64,000 bases of DNA. Source: an uncultured Muribaculaceae bacterium. Its GTDB lineage: Bacteria; Bacillota_I; Bacilli_A; RF39; UBA660. Both the position numbers and the translations under genes were made by a program. This document shows positions 19,011 through 29,441 of the stretch, in pieces. Numbering within the stretch: the stretch's first letter is position 1; every line of letters begins with the position of its first letter. The notes under the pieces are model-generated. The model was given only the letters and a program-made list of their open reading frames with translations, ran no database searches and was not told where the DNA came from. The DNA lies in contig CAYYQX010000001.1 in assembly GCA_964473455.1 (NCBI GenBank), positions 51,086-115,085 of the forward strand, in the 5' to 3' direction.

Positions 19011-20561
19011 TTATTTACTTTCTTCCTTGACTTCTTCTTTTTTACCTGTTAATACATATCCGTTGTTTAACAAATCTTCATCCTTATCACTTAAACTCCA
19101 CTTATAATCTGTTGAACCACCTGTACAATATTTATCAGCATATCTATAATATGTTATTTGTTTTGTACATGTTGTTCCATTTAATGCATATCCTGTTGGA
19201 CAAGTTTTGTTTTCAGTTGGATTCTCTGTTTCAACTTCGTTAATTATTTTTTTACATTTTGTTTGATCTAATAAGTAATCGCTTCCATATTTATCACAAT
19301 TATATGTGATATTTTTATTGATTGATTTATTATCAGAAGTTGTACATGTTGTTCCACTTAAGCTTCCACCAGCTAAACAATAGTAACTATCATTACCTGA
19401 TGCACTATTTGTTATTGTACATGTTGTTCCATTTAAACTTCCGCCTTTTGGACAACTATATCCTGAAACATAAGCTACATCTTTTGTACATGTTGTATTT
19501 TTGTATGTACAACTTGTTTCGTATACTATTCCAACACCAGGTTCATAAACTGCGATATCAGAACAAACTTTAATTTTACAAGCGTATGTTTCTTTTCTAA
19601 CTGAGTATTCTGATGAACTTTGATAAGAATATATACAAGCTGTTCCAACTAATGTAAATACCTTGCCGTCAACATTATATTGATTACAGTTATATGTTGT
19701 TACTTTTTCTGCTGGTACTGTTGTAGTTGCTTTACAAGCATAACTAGTGTCGTTTTCATCTGAAACAACAACAGTTTGAACTTTTTGATTATTAACTAAA
19801 ACATATGCACCATCTTTTAATACATAATAATTACTTCCATAATTACTACAATTATATGTAACAACTTTTGTTGCGTCTTTTGCTTCTTCACCATTTACTG
19901 TTTTATTACATAATTTTGTTGTTTGGTTATATGAATATCCTTCTGGACAAGTATAACTTATTGTTGCATCTTGTGTTGAAGTACCTGTTTTTGTTTCAAC
20001 TTTTCTTGTACTAGTTGGAGCTACATAAGATGTTTGCCAATTTGACCAAGCACCAAAGTCAGTCCATGTACAAGGTGTTTCTTTCTTATATTCATATTTA
20101 AATACTTCTTTTATCTCACAAACATCGTTCTCACAATAATCATAACAACCTAAATGAACTAATATGTAATCTTCATCATCTGTACAAGACAAATAAATTT
20201 TCAAAACATATTCATCGCTGTTTTCTTTTGTTATTTGAACATAAGAAGTATTTATATTACACTTCTCGCCATTACTATCGTATAACTCTAGTAATAGTTT
20301 TTCGTCAATCATTTCACTTAAAGTCATTTTTTCACTTTTACCAATCACTTGTGGTAATCTTGGGTTTGTAAAATAACTCACTGCTGCTTCTTTCATTACT
20401 GTTAAATTGTCATTAAACAATTGTTTTGAATTAGCAATTTCCTTATCTTTCAAAAATGATTTTGATGGAAATAACCACAAAAGTATAAAGACAAATAACA
20501 TAATAAATAATAAATTAAATATTACGTCTTTAAGTGTGAATGATTCGTTTCTTCTTTCCAT
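19011..20561 (-). CDS. surface protein: degenerate prepilin-like N-terminus, pilin-head-like domain and Cys-rich mini-repeats
   Basis: N-terminus MERRNES|FTLKDVIFNLLFIMLFVFILLWLF (Ser at -1, Asp at +5). The head segment KMTLSEMIDEKLLLELYDSNGEKCNINTSYVQITKENSDEYVLKIYLSC parallels VLTLGELKDLGYIEDVINPMTNLSFPDTTFINISYENNDYVYEV of the 790-aa prepilin. C-x(10-11)-C units follow: CPEGYSYNQTTKLC, CPKGGSLNGTTC, CLAGGSLSGTTC, CPTGYALNGTTC. TYNC(S/N/D)xYG units are also present. Confidence 0.65.
   Translation of the reverse strand: MERRNESFTLKDVIFNLLFIMLFVFILLWLFPSKSFLKDKEIANSKQLFNDNLTVMKEAAVSYFTNPRLPQVIGKSEKMTLSEMIDEKLLLELYDSNGEKCNINTSYVQITKENSDEYVLKIYLSCTDDEDYILVHLGCYDYCENDVCEIKEVFKYEYKKETPCTWTDFGAWSNWQTSYVAPTSTRKVETKTGTSTQDATISYTCPEGYSYNQTTKLCNKTVNGEEAKDATKVVTYNCSNYGSNYYVLKDGAYVLVNNQKVQTVVVSDENDTSYACKATTTVPAEKVTTYNCNQYNVDGKVFTLVGTACIYSYQSSSEYSVRKETYACKIKVCSDIAVYEPGVGIVYETSCTYKNTTCTKDVAYVSGYSCPKGGSLNGTTCTITNSASGNDSYYCLAGGSLSGTTCTTSDNKSINKNITYNCDKYGSDYLLDQTKCKKIINEVETENPTENKTCPTGYALNGTTCTKQITYYRYADKYCTGGSTDYKWSLSDKDEDLLNNGYVLTGKKEEVKEESK
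19164..19455 (-). repeat. three dispersed copies of a ~40-nt coding repeat inside the Cys-rich gene
   Basis: The copies start at 19164, 19341 and 19416 and share the 21-nt core TGTACATGTTGTTCCA(T/C)TTAA. The first and third cores are identical; the second has one mismatch. They encode (L)(N/S)GTTCT at the end of the CxxGxxLxGTTC units. A shorter fourth copy, TGTACATGTTGT, lies at 19466. Confidence 0.85.
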
Positions 20562-20592
20562 AAATAGTTTCCCCCTTTTTCAATGCGCTTTT

Positions 20593-20620
20593 ATTATATC
20601 TTTTTTTTTGCTTTTGTCAA
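20593..20620 (-). promoter_or_regulatory. consensus sigma-A promoter of the Cys-rich/secreted operon
   Basis: Minus strand TTGACA (20620-20615), 16-nt spacer, TATAAT (20598-20593). RBS AAAGGGGGAAA follows, before ATG 20561. Confidence 0.7.
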
Positions 20621-20688
20621 GTTTTTGCTTTATTTCTATAATAATTCCCATTGATTGACACCTATACTAACATAAAAAAGGTATACTG

Positions 20689-20958
20689 TCAAATTGCTAT
20701 TTTAACGATAGTACACCCTGTATTATAATAGCTTTGCTTGAATTCCAAGACTTTTTTATTTTTTGTTAAAGTTTCCCTAGTAGCTTCTCTAAGAATTCCC
20801 CTACCATTGCCATGAATAATAGAGAATACTTCCTGTTTTAACTTAACTTTATCTTCTATATAGTCATTTATCGCAACCTTTGCCGAAATTCTATCATATC
20901 CATGAATATCTAAAGATGGTAAACTATCAACAAAAATTATATTATTCAAACTTGTCAT
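20689..20958 (-). CDS. stand-alone Smr (small MutS-related) domain protein
   Basis: LDIHGYDRISAKVAINDYI...IIHGNGRGILREATRETL matches the Smr LDLHG...HGxG pattern. Overlaps the 3-prime end of the kinase gene by 17 nt. Confidence 0.7.
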   Translation of the reverse strand: MTSLNNIIFVDSLPSLDIHGYDRISAKVAINDYIEDKVKLKQEVFSIIHGNGRGILREATRETLTKNKKVLEFKQSYYNTGCTIVKIAI

Positions 20959-21841
20959 AGAACTTTTTCACTTCTTCTTTTAGTGGGACAGAGTTTTTAC
21001 TGCCAACTTTTGTCACAGAAAGTGCTCCTACTATATTGGAAAGCTTAAGTGCTTCTTCAAACTTATATCCTTTAATTAAGGAATATACAAACGCACCGTG
21101 AAAAAAATCTCCGGCTCCAGTTGTATCAAGTGGTTTAACTTTTAATGATGGCATAATTTTTATAAATTCTTCTTCCATATATAAGCAGCCATTCTCTTCT
21201 AATGTAATGACAATTGTATTATTAAAAATTTCTTTCATCTTTTTATATATGTTAACAAGTGTTTCTTTATTGTTAAAGTCTATTATCATATTAGTAACTT
21301 TTTCAGCAAACTCTTTTGAGCAAATTAAATACTTTACTTCCTTTGAGAGTTCAACAATTTCAGGAGTTGCTCTGCCAGCATCTATTACAGATATGGCATT
21401 GTTAAATTGCCTAATTAACTTTCTTGAAATTTCTATTTCTTGGCCATCTACTAAAATTATATCAGGAGTAAAGTCTATTTCTACTAAAGGATAAGCAATA
21501 TCATTATTTCGATAAGTAAGAATTGTTCTGCTTCCATTACTCTTATTAGCTACTATTGTACTAACTGTTGTTTCATAATTGTCTTTTTTTATTAAATATT
21601 TAGTATTAACATTTACTTCTTTTAATTCTTTTTCTATCTTATTTCCATAAAAGTCATTGCCAACAAGTCCCATAAAATATGTTTCAATACCATACTTGCC
21701 AAGAAGATATGCTGCATTATTAGCTGGACCGCCACCACACTCAACTTTTTGATTTACTCTAGTTTTTGTATTTTCTTTTAAAAACGTATCTAGTAAAAAA
21801 GTAACATCGTATGCGGCATGTCCAATACACAAAGCCTTCAT
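20942..21841 (-). CDS. PfkB-family carbohydrate/nucleoside kinase (ribokinase-like)
   Basis: N-terminal GGGPANNAA and C-terminal DTTGAGDFFHGAF PfkB signatures. Substrate not determinable by eye. Confidence 0.8.
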   Translation of the reverse strand: MKALCIGHAAYDVTFLLDTFLKENTKTRVNQKVECGGGPANNAAYLLGKYGIETYFMGLVGNDFYGNKIEKELKEVNVNTKYLIKKDNYETTVSTIVANKSNGSRTILTYRNNDIAYPLVEIDFTPDIILVDGQEIEISRKLIRQFNNAISVIDAGRATPEIVELSKEVKYLICSKEFAEKVTNMIIDFNNKETLVNIYKKMKEIFNNTIVITLEENGCLYMEEEFIKIMPSLKVKPLDTTGAGDFFHGAFVYSLIKGYKFEEALKLSNIVGALSVTKVGSKNSVPLKEEVKKFYDKFE

Positions 21842-21929
21842 AATTCCTCCTATTATATTGTTATTATATCATAAAATTATATTTACTACCATGTGTTTTG
21901 TGTGTATAATTATTAGTAGTGAGGTAAAA

Positions 21930-22163
21930 ATGGATAAAATTACAAGAATCAAAGAAATAATAAATGAAATAAAGCCATTCATTGAAAACGATGGAGGTAG
22001 CATTGAATTTGTAAAATATGAAGACAATATTGTTTATGTTTCCTTAAGTGGGGCGTGCAAAGGGTGCCCTATGGCAGAAGTCACTTTAAAAGAAGGCGTT
22101 GAATCATTAATTATAAATGAACTACCAGAAGTAAAAGCCGTTGTTAATATAGAAAAGAACTGA
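21930..22163 (+). CDS. NifU C-terminal domain (Nfu-type) Fe-S cluster scaffold/carrier
   Basis: IKPFIENDGGSIEFVKYEDNIVYVSLSGACKGCPMAEVTLK with a CxxC motif. Start set at ATG 21930 with GTGAGG upstream; the track ORF is extended upstream. Confidence 0.75.
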   Translation: MDKITRIKEIINEIKPFIENDGGSIEFVKYEDNIVYVSLSGACKGCPMAEVTLKEGVESLIINELPEVKAVVNIEKN

Positions 22164-22165
22164 AA

Positions 22166-22825
22166 TCAGTTCTTTTCTTCTAATATTTCTTGTATTTTTC
22201 TTAGTTTTTCTAATAATTCATCATTTTCTTTAATCAATTTTTCATTTGTATCTAACAACTGTTTATTTGATTCTAACATTTTATCATATAAATTTTCATA
22301 AGAAGTTGTTAAATCTTCTTCTGTAGCAACTTCAGATGAAACTTCTTTTTTGATTTCTTTCTCTGAATCGTTCTTTGAAATATATTCTGTTGTTTCTGTT
22401 GGAATTGGAATTGCTGTATTTCTTTCTTCTCTTAGTCTTTGAACTATCTCAAAGCTTTTTTTGTTTGCACTAAATAATTCTACAAAGTTATCCTGTAGTT
22501 TAAATGCCTTACTACCATTTACTTTAACATCACTTACTTCTATTGGATCAGCATCGTTAATAGAAACCGGTTTATTTTCTTTATTTTCACTTATCGTCTT
22601 TTCTAAAAACTTTTTGATCAAAGACCACTCGTTTTTATCTATTACTTCTCTACCAACTTTTATACCGTTGTCACTTTCGATTTTGGTTAGATATAAAGTA
22701 ATAAAATTACTAGCATCCTTTTCGTTTTTGGAATATATTAAGTATTTATCATTAACATTAGTAAAATACCTTATTAATTCCGCTTCAAATTTATTGTTTT
22801 TTTCGTCTATTAAACTTATTTTCAT
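22166..22825 (-). CDS. hypothetical protein, DUF1292-like N-terminus and acidic coiled-coil tail
   Basis: MKISLIDEKNNKFEAELIRYFTNVNDKYLIYS resembles the DUF1292 pattern (xDExGxExxFEvl...Y). The remainder is low-complexity and coiled coil. Confidence 0.45.
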   Translation of the reverse strand: MKISLIDEKNNKFEAELIRYFTNVNDKYLIYSKNEKDASNFITLYLTKIESDNGIKVGREVIDKNEWSLIKKFLEKTISENKENKPVSINDADPIEVSDVKVNGSKAFKLQDNFVELFSANKKSFEIVQRLREERNTAIPIPTETTEYISKNDSEKEIKKEVSSEVATEEDLTTSYENLYDKMLESNKQLLDTNEKLIKENDELLEKLRKIQEILEEKN

Positions 22826-22875
22826 TTTTTACTCCTTTTTATTCTCTTCTTATATTATAGCAATTATTTTTATAA

Positions 22876-23631
22876 TTACAACAAATTGTTTGTTTTCTTT
22901 TTATATTTATAACTTGTCTTTAATTGAAATTTGGAAGTTAAAAATCTAGCGAAGAAAACTCCTATTTTTGTTTTAAATCCAGGCATAATAACAACTTTTT
23001 TACTAAACATTTTTTTTAATGCATAATTAGCTGCATCATAACTTTCTAACTGATGATTAAATTTTACATTGGCAACTTTACTAAATTCCGTTTTTACTGG
23101 TCCTGGGCAAAAAGCTCCTATATAAACATTACTTCTCTTTTCTTTTAATTCTTCACTAATAGCTAGCGTAAGTTTTAAAACATAGGCTTTTGTAGCGTAA
23201 TATGTAGCCATTAAAGGGCCTTCAAGAAAAGCGGCAGCTGAAGATACATTTAACACAAAACCTTTATCATTTTTGATAAAATCTCTTAAAAATAGTTTTG
23301 TCAAAGTGTGAAGAGACTTTATATTTAAATCAATCATATCAAGTTCTTTTTCTAACTTTATCTTATTAAATTCACCAAAAAAGCCAAAACCAGCATTATT
23401 TATTAATATATCTATGTTTTCTTTTTTAACTTGGTTATATAACTTCATACAGTTATATGTCGAAGATATATCCATTGTAATAATAGTGACTTCTCCTTTT
23501 AGTTCTTCTTTTAGTTTTTCTAGTTTTTGTGTTCTTCGTGCGACTAATATCAAGTTAAAGCCTTTTTCACTCAATATTCTTGCCATATCGGCACCCATTC
23601 CTGAACTTGCTCCTGTAATTAGCGCTGTCAT
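22876..23631 (-). CDS. short-chain dehydrogenase/reductase (classical SDR)
   Basis: TGASSGMG cofactor motif, NNAG, and the catalytic YxxxK (YYATKAY). Confidence 0.85.
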   Translation of the reverse strand: MTALITGASSGMGADMARILSEKGFNLILVARRTQKLEKLKEELKGEVTIITMDISSTYNCMKLYNQVKKENIDILINNAGFGFFGEFNKIKLEKELDMIDLNIKSLHTLTKLFLRDFIKNDKGFVLNVSSAAAFLEGPLMATYYATKAYVLKLTLAISEELKEKRSNVYIGAFCPGPVKTEFSKVANVKFNHQLESYDAANYALKKMFSKKVVIMPGFKTKIGVFFARFLTSKFQLKTSYKYKKKTNNLL

Positions 23632-23639
23632 GTTACCTC

Positions 23640-24602
23640 CTAATAATTATTTATTTTTAATAATAATTCCTCTTTCTCTTTATTGCTTATAAAGCTAGCT
23701 TTAATTGCATTTATATTAAATATAGTAAACTCTTTTTTACTAAATTTAAAGCATTTTTTTAGTTTTTTATATTCTTTTGATAAAGTAATACTAGAAACAG
23801 TATTATTATCTGTGTTTATAGTAACTAATATCCCTTTTTCATATATTGTTTTTATTGGATGATCCTTGTATTTTTTTACTACTTTAGTATCAATATTACT
23901 TGTTGGACATATTTCTAATACTATATTTTCATTCTTTATTTTTTCTATCACACTCTCGTCATCTAAACATCTTATACCATGGCCAAGTCTTTTGGTACCA
24001 AAGTTTATAGCGCTTGTTATACTTTCAATACCAGAAGCTTCTCCAGCATGAATTGTGTATGGAATACCAAATGTATTAGCTAGTTCAAATAGCTTTTGAT
24101 AGTTTTTTGTTGGATAAGTAGCTTCATCCCCTGCTAAATCTATGCCCACAACTCCTTTGTTTAAGTAGCTCTTAGCTAGATATATTATTTTTTCATTATC
24201 TTCGTAACTTAAACCTCTCATCATACATAATATTAGATTTGTTTTTATATCAACTTGTTTTAATCCTTCTAAAACACTTTCTATAACTTCTTCTAGTGTT
24301 AAACCCTCTTTAGTATGAAAAATTGGTGCGAATCTAATTTCAGAATATATTACATTATCTTTTTTTAAGTCTTTGGCTAGTTCTTTTGCCACTCTAGTTA
24401 GGTTTTCTTTTGTCTGCATTATACTAATTGGTATTTCAAATTTAGTTAAATATGACTTTAAATCTTCGTTTCTTTTATTTATTATCATATCTTTTTTGAC
24501 GTTTCTTTTTAAAAGTTGGTTAGCTGTCTTTATTCTAACTGATCCATCTAAATGTATATGAAGTAATACTTTAGGCATTTTTCTTATATTCATAAACTTC
24601 AC
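23640..24602 (-). CDS. add: adenosine deaminase
   Basis: LHIHLDGS metal-binding motif, HAGE, and a TINTDN C-terminal motif. Size is typical of housekeeping Add. Confidence 0.88.
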   Translation of the reverse strand: MKFMNIRKMPKVLLHIHLDGSVRIKTANQLLKRNVKKDMIINKRNEDLKSYLTKFEIPISIMQTKENLTRVAKELAKDLKKDNVIYSEIRFAPIFHTKEGLTLEEVIESVLEGLKQVDIKTNLILCMMRGLSYEDNEKIIYLAKSYLNKGVVGIDLAGDEATYPTKNYQKLFELANTFGIPYTIHAGEASGIESITSAINFGTKRLGHGIRCLDDESVIEKIKNENIVLEICPTSNIDTKVVKKYKDHPIKTIYEKGILVTINTDNNTVSSITLSKEYKKLKKCFKFSKKEFTIFNINAIKASFISNKEKEELLLKINNY

Positions 24603-24639
24603 ATCCTAACTTTATTTTATCATAAAAAAATAACTATTT

Positions 24640-25014
24640 CTAGTTATTTTGGCTAGCTTTCCATTTTGCATTAATAACATCATAATGTTGCCTTGCTTCT
24701 TTCATTGCTTGTCTTCTACTAAATGTTTTTCTTTTATGCGTAGCGCTTACTTCATAATAATTACTTAGTGGTTCCATATAACTAATAGTATAGCTTGTTT
24801 TGCTAGAATCATGGTCTGTAGCAATTAATATTTTTGGATATTGTAAATCAATAAAGTTGCCTTCTTCTGTTTTTCTTAAAATTGTCCAATAACCGTATCC
24901 TGATGTACCAATTAATAACAGACCACCCAGGTCTTCTTCAAACTCATGATCTTTAGAATAAATCACATCAATAGCTGCCAGATATAATTCATCTAAATTG
25001 TATTGTTCAAACAT
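24640..25014 (-). CDS. hypothetical protein (124 aa from the RBS-supported start)
   Basis: Start set at ATG 25012-25014, preceded by AAAGGAGG. No family recognised. Confidence 0.55.
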   Translation of the reverse strand: MFEQYNLDELYLAAIDVIYSKDHEFEEDLGGLLLIGTSGYGYWTILRKTEEGNFIDLQYPKILIATDHDSSKTSYTISYMEPLSNYYEVSATHKRKTFSRRQAMKEARQHYDVINAKWKASQNN

Positions 25015-25070
25015 ATTTGCCTCCTTTGTTTTCAACTATTATACTATAATAAAATTAAATATCAAGTATT

Positions 25071-25097
25071 TTTATAAAAACCGTTGAAATTCAACGG
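25071..25097 (-). terminator. intrinsic terminator downstream of ssrA
   Basis: Minus strand CCGTTGA-ATT-TCAACGG followed by TTTTTATAAA, 13 nt after the tmRNA CCA end. Confidence 0.75.
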
Positions 25098-25110
25098 TTA
25101 ACATTTATAA

Positions 25111-25450
25111 TGGTGGAGCTGAGGAGAATCGAACTCCTGTCCAAAAACACATCCTAAGTTACATCTACAAGTTTAGCTAGTTAAAAATTTCCTAATAAAG
25201 TCTGGTAACCAACAAACCAAACTAATAGTAGTCTATTAAATTCATAATTACCTCTAGACTAAATAATTATATATCCTATTTTTATGAGCCAAAATATTTC
25301 CAATAGGAGAAAAAATAAGTTGGCCTCTCACTAATTTCTTAAGCGAAAGCTAATTGATTTCTGTTTCCAGATATTTTTTTTTGCATTTATGGTATGCCTA
25401 CCACTTGCCGTAAAATCCTCAGTTATTCTTGTCGAAACCTGTGCAGCCCC
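25111..25450 (-). ncRNA. ssrA: tmRNA (SsrA)
   Basis: The reverse strand starts GGGGCTGCACAGGTTTCGACAAG and ends GGACAGGAGTTCGATTCTCCTCAGCTCCACCA (tRNA-Ala-like acceptor/T-arm). An internal tag frame ends ...GGA AAC AGA AAT CAA TTA GCT TTC GCT TAA (GNRNQLAFA*). Adjacent to smpB. Confidence 0.92.
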
Positions 25451-25480
25451 ACAAGAATTATACCAAACAATCAAAAAAAG

Positions 25481-25918
25481 TCAATTTTTAAATTGCCTTT
25501 GATTTTCTCTTTCAATATCTTTCTTCTTAATAGCTTCTCTTTTGTCATAACTTTTCTTACCTTTTGCGATACCAATTAATAATTTTGCTTTGTTTTTAAC
25601 AAAATATAATTTCAAAGGAATTAAAGTATAACCTTCCATACCAACTTTATCTCTTATTTTTAAGATTTCTCTTTTATTTAAAAGCAGTTTTCTTGTTCTT
25701 GTTTCATTATGGTTAAAAATACTGCCTTCATTATAAAGACTTATATGCATATTTAAAACATATATTTCATCATTTCTAACCATAGCGTAACTATCTTTTA
25801 AATTGGCTTTACCAAGTTTAATTGATTTTATTTCTGTGCCTTTTAAAGCAATCCCCGCTTCATATGTTTCAAATATTTGAAAATCAAAATAAGCTTTTCT
25901 ATTATTTATCTCTATCAT
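25481..25918 (-). CDS. smpB: SsrA-binding protein
   Basis: NRKAYFDFQIFETYEAGIALKGTEIKSI and the TRTRKLLLNKREI motif, with a basic C-terminal tail. Confidence 0.95.
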   Translation of the reverse strand: MIEINNRKAYFDFQIFETYEAGIALKGTEIKSIKLGKANLKDSYAMVRNDEIYVLNMHISLYNEGSIFNHNETRTRKLLLNKREILKIRDKVGMEGYTLIPLKLYFVKNKAKLLIGIAKGKKSYDKREAIKKKDIERENQRQFKN

Positions 25919-25927
25919 AAAAACCTC

Positions 25928-27211
25928 TTAATCAAACATATTTACATTAATATCATCACCATATTTGGTAATAACACTATTATATTTAGTTCTAATAGAT
26001 TCAAAATTACTTAATATACTATTATTTAAAGTACTAAATGGATATATCTCAAAGTCTCTACTGTACCATTTCCCATTAGAAGAATAGAAAGTGTGATAAT
26101 TATATAAAAGTTCTGTACCAACATTTTCTAAAGTTATTTTTGTTCCTTCTTTACTCACTGTTTTTACTATATCAACAGAAGCAAAGAGTTCTATTAGCTT
26201 CATTTCATCATTTTGGGAAGATAAGAAGTTACCTAAAGAATATATAACTAAAGTATCTCCTATAAAAGTAATTGGTTGTATTACGTGTGGATGAGCTCCT
26301 ATTATTATGTCTACTCCTAAACTTGCCAAATAATTAGCAACTTCTTTTTGATAGGCACTTGGTGTATGAGTATACTCTTCGCCCCAGTGAATAGCAACCA
26401 TAACAACATCTACTTTGTCTCTTACTTTTTCAATATCGTTTTTTGCTTTTTCAGCATCATACACATTTACTAAATAATCTTTACCACTTGGAATAGTTAA
26501 CCCATTAGTTGAAGTGGTATAACTTAAAAATGAATACGTAATATTATTTTTTTCTTTAATAATTACTTCATCTCTTGCTTCTTGAGAAGTATAAGATCCA
26601 GCTACATAAACATCGGTTTTTTCTTCCCAATAGTTTACTGAATTAGTAATAGCTGTTTCTCCTCTATCTAAAGTATGATTATTAGCAAGAGAAACTAAGT
26701 TAAATCCTAAATCAATCATAGCGTCTCCCACTTCAAAAGGAGAATTAAATCTTGGATAAGTAGATAAACCCATTTCTACTCCACCTAATATACTCTCTTG
26801 GTTATAATAAGCAAGGTCATAATCTTCTAATAAAGGCTTTACTAAATCAATCATGTTAGAAAAATCGTAACCGTTACTTGTTTTTGCATCTATATATACT
26901 GATTCATGAATAAGCATATCGCCAACCATAGCAAGCTTTAAAGTATAAACATCACTAATTCCTTTTGAAATAACGATGTTTAAATTTGTTTCTTTTTTTG
27001 TTTTTGTTTCTGGTAAAATATCTTGGCTGATAACCGTTCCCTTTGTACTCTCGTCATATTCATAAGTAATATTTAAATTAAGTTCTTTTTTTTCAGCATA
27101 ATTTTTTACTTCTTCTTCTGTCTTACCAACTAAATTTTCCATTTTAAAAGAACATCCTGTTAAGATAAAACAAACAAATAAAAAAGTTATTATATATATT
27201 ATTTTTTTCAT
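25928..27211 (-). CDS. lipoprotein with an N-terminal PASTA domain fused to a CapA/PGA_cap-type metallophosphatase domain
   Basis: Lipobox FILTGC. PASTA-like ENLVGKTEEEVKNYAEKKELNLNITYEYDESTKGTVISQDILPETKTKKETNLNIVISKG. CapA-type MVGDMLIHE, LANNHTLD, IHWGEEY and GAHPHV. Confidence 0.7.
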   Translation of the reverse strand: MKKIIYIITFLFVCFILTGCSFKMENLVGKTEEEVKNYAEKKELNLNITYEYDESTKGTVISQDILPETKTKKETNLNIVISKGISDVYTLKLAMVGDMLIHESVYIDAKTSNGYDFSNMIDLVKPLLEDYDLAYYNQESILGGVEMGLSTYPRFNSPFEVGDAMIDLGFNLVSLANNHTLDRGETAITNSVNYWEEKTDVYVAGSYTSQEARDEVIIKEKNNITYSFLSYTTSTNGLTIPSGKDYLVNVYDAEKAKNDIEKVRDKVDVVMVAIHWGEEYTHTPSAYQKEVANYLASLGVDIIIGAHPHVIQPITFIGDTLVIYSLGNFLSSQNDEMKLIELFASVDIVKTVSKEGTKITLENVGTELLYNYHTFYSSNGKWYSRDFEIYPFSTLNNSILSNFESIRTKYNSVITKYGDDINVNMFD

Positions 27212-27280
27212 ACTTTCGCCCTCATTGCATCCTTTTATATTGTAGCATATTTTTTATTATTTAAACAACACTATAATTTT

Positions 27281-27306
27281 AAAGAAAAAAGACAATTATT
27301 TTGTCT

Positions 27307-27307
<1 letters not shown>
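27281..27307 (-). terminator. intrinsic terminator of purA
   Basis: Minus strand AAGACAA-AATAA-TTGTCTT followed by TTTTCTTT. The stem abuts the purA TAA. Confidence 0.75.
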
Positions 27308-29344
<2,037 letters not shown>

Positions 29345-29396
29345 ATTATCACCTAATATCATATTAGCACAGTTTGTTTTTTTTTTAAACCTGTAC

Positions 29397-29425
29397 TTGC
29401 AAATTAAGCTTTTTTTTTTTATAAT
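29397..29425 (+). promoter_or_regulatory. candidate promoter of the ferredoxin gene containing a T12 tract in the spacer
   Basis: TTGCAA (29397-29402), 17-nt spacer that includes the T-run 29409-29420, TATAAT (29420-29425). The RBS GGAGG at 29432 would lie at the very 5-prime end of the transcript, so the assignment is uncertain. Confidence 0.4.
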
Positions 29426-29441
29426 TGTTATGGAGGAAATT

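Noticed and set aside
16298-20620. The tRNA-adjacent islet as an integrated mobile element or genomic island.
   Set aside because: I saw no integrase, recombinase, transposase or phage gene in or near it. I did not spot a duplicated copy of the tRNA-Leu 3-prime end that would mark an att site. It is better described as an accessory islet of unknown origin.
20942-20958. The 17-nt overlap between the PfkB kinase and Smr-domain genes as a sign of a fused or frameshifted gene.
   Set aside because: Both ORFs are complete with typical family lengths and motifs. Short overlaps are the norm throughout this compact window.
23640-24602. Adenosine deaminase as a possible anti-phage deaminase (RADAR-like or dATP deaminase).
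   Set aside because: It has ordinary Add size (320 aa) and canonical HxHxDG / HAGE / TDN motifs. It has no ATPase partner and sits among purine-salvage-type genes (deoD and purA are in the window). It is a housekeeping enzyme.
29409-29420. The T12 homopolymer in the ferredoxin promoter spacer as a phase-variation switch.
   Set aside because: Long A/T runs are frequent throughout this AT-rich window, and a ferredoxin is an unlikely phase-variable gene. The promoter assignment itself is uncertain because the RBS would sit at the transcript start.
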